Shown piece by piece: positions 36,624-37,212 of a stretch of DNA of 37,212 nt. Within the stretch, counting starts at the first letter, position 1, and every line of letters starts with the position of its first letter. The notes under the pieces were generated by a model, which did not search any database, was not told the origin of the DNA, and saw nothing but the letters and a program-made list of their open reading frames with translations. The stretch comes from Phoronis australis. Its lineage: Eukaryota > Animalia > Phoronida. The translations under genes were made by a program, and so were the position numbers. The stretch lies in the NCBI GenBank assembly GCA_002633005.1, contig NMRA01001231.1:1-37212 (forward strand). The letters run 5' to 3'.

Positions 36624-36881
36624 ACGTCGACAGTGCCTGACGAATGCCGGCTTATCAAATAACTCCATACACTGTACGTTCTTTTGTCTGAGCTTGTTCA
36701 CGGCGCATCTCTAGTATTTCTTCATCACTGTATTCGTGTTCAAATTGATAGCCTGTAAAACTTAACGATCCACTGATGAGCTCTAGCTCGTCCTAAATCA
36801 GGATTACAAGTTGCCATGTTGACGTTTATTACTGAGCGTTCTGTTTCAAAATGAATTATTCTCACCCTAACCAATACTTAC

Positions 36882-36948
36882 ACATGTATATAAAACTGAA
36901 ACAAAGTGTTTGCTGGCAGAAACTGTTGTGAAACAACTTGATTTCCAT
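36882..36948 (-). CDS. Putative first coding exon (signal peptide) of an IgSF protein: MEIKLFHNSFCQQTLCFSFIYM + 1 nt
   Basis: Minus strand gggATGG (good Kozak context) at 36948. 67 nt = 22 codons + 1 nt, ending ATGT|gtaagt, a perfect phase-1 donor. Joining to the V exon gives ...LCFSFIYMCVVDA|ALDV, a hydrophobic core plus a plausible V-x-A cleavage site. Confidence 0.65.
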
Positions 36949-37212
36949 CCCACGGCCAGGTGTTAGGGGAATCTTTATTTCCTTTTACATTACTCAAATA
37001 ATGATTGTCAACGTACAATTTTTGCCCTGACGGTGCTGTGGCCAAAGCGGAACCTGAATTCGCGGCCCCCCACGAGTAAGTAGATTTGCAGTTTCGTGGC
37101 TAATTCACCAACATAATCAGGTGCACATTACTTTGGCTCCCTAGTATAGTATTTTCTTGACTGAAAGTTTAGTTTCCACTGAACGTTGGCTGGTTTATGT
37201 TCGCGATATCTG

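Overview
AT-rich eukaryotic genomic DNA, probably from an invertebrate (the species cannot be told from the sequence), with one assembly gap (16130-16694). One host gene can be reconstructed on the minus strand, an immunoglobulin-superfamily cell-surface or secreted protein with all introns in phase 1. Its exons are a signal peptide (36948-36882), a cysteine-less V-type Ig domain (35309-34944), a C2-type Ig domain (24064-23741), and at least five tandemly duplicated 36-nt micro-exons (16119-14002). Each micro-exon encodes a 12-aa stalk unit, (D/N)T(I/V)KPTGSGEG(G/R) or a variant, and more copies may lie in the gap. No convincing TM/GPI terminal exon was found. The rest is mostly transposon debris: TTAA-flanked Kolobok-like elements (one hit in its TIR by a Harbinger-like element), a decayed hAT transposase, DINE/HINE-like elements with ~420-430-bp internal repeats, a DIRS/Ngaro-like gag relic, HIRAN and THAP relics, and a tRNA-derived head. 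Two nested inverted repeat pairs span the first 12.3 kb. All family calls come from motif recognition by eye; no database search was run.
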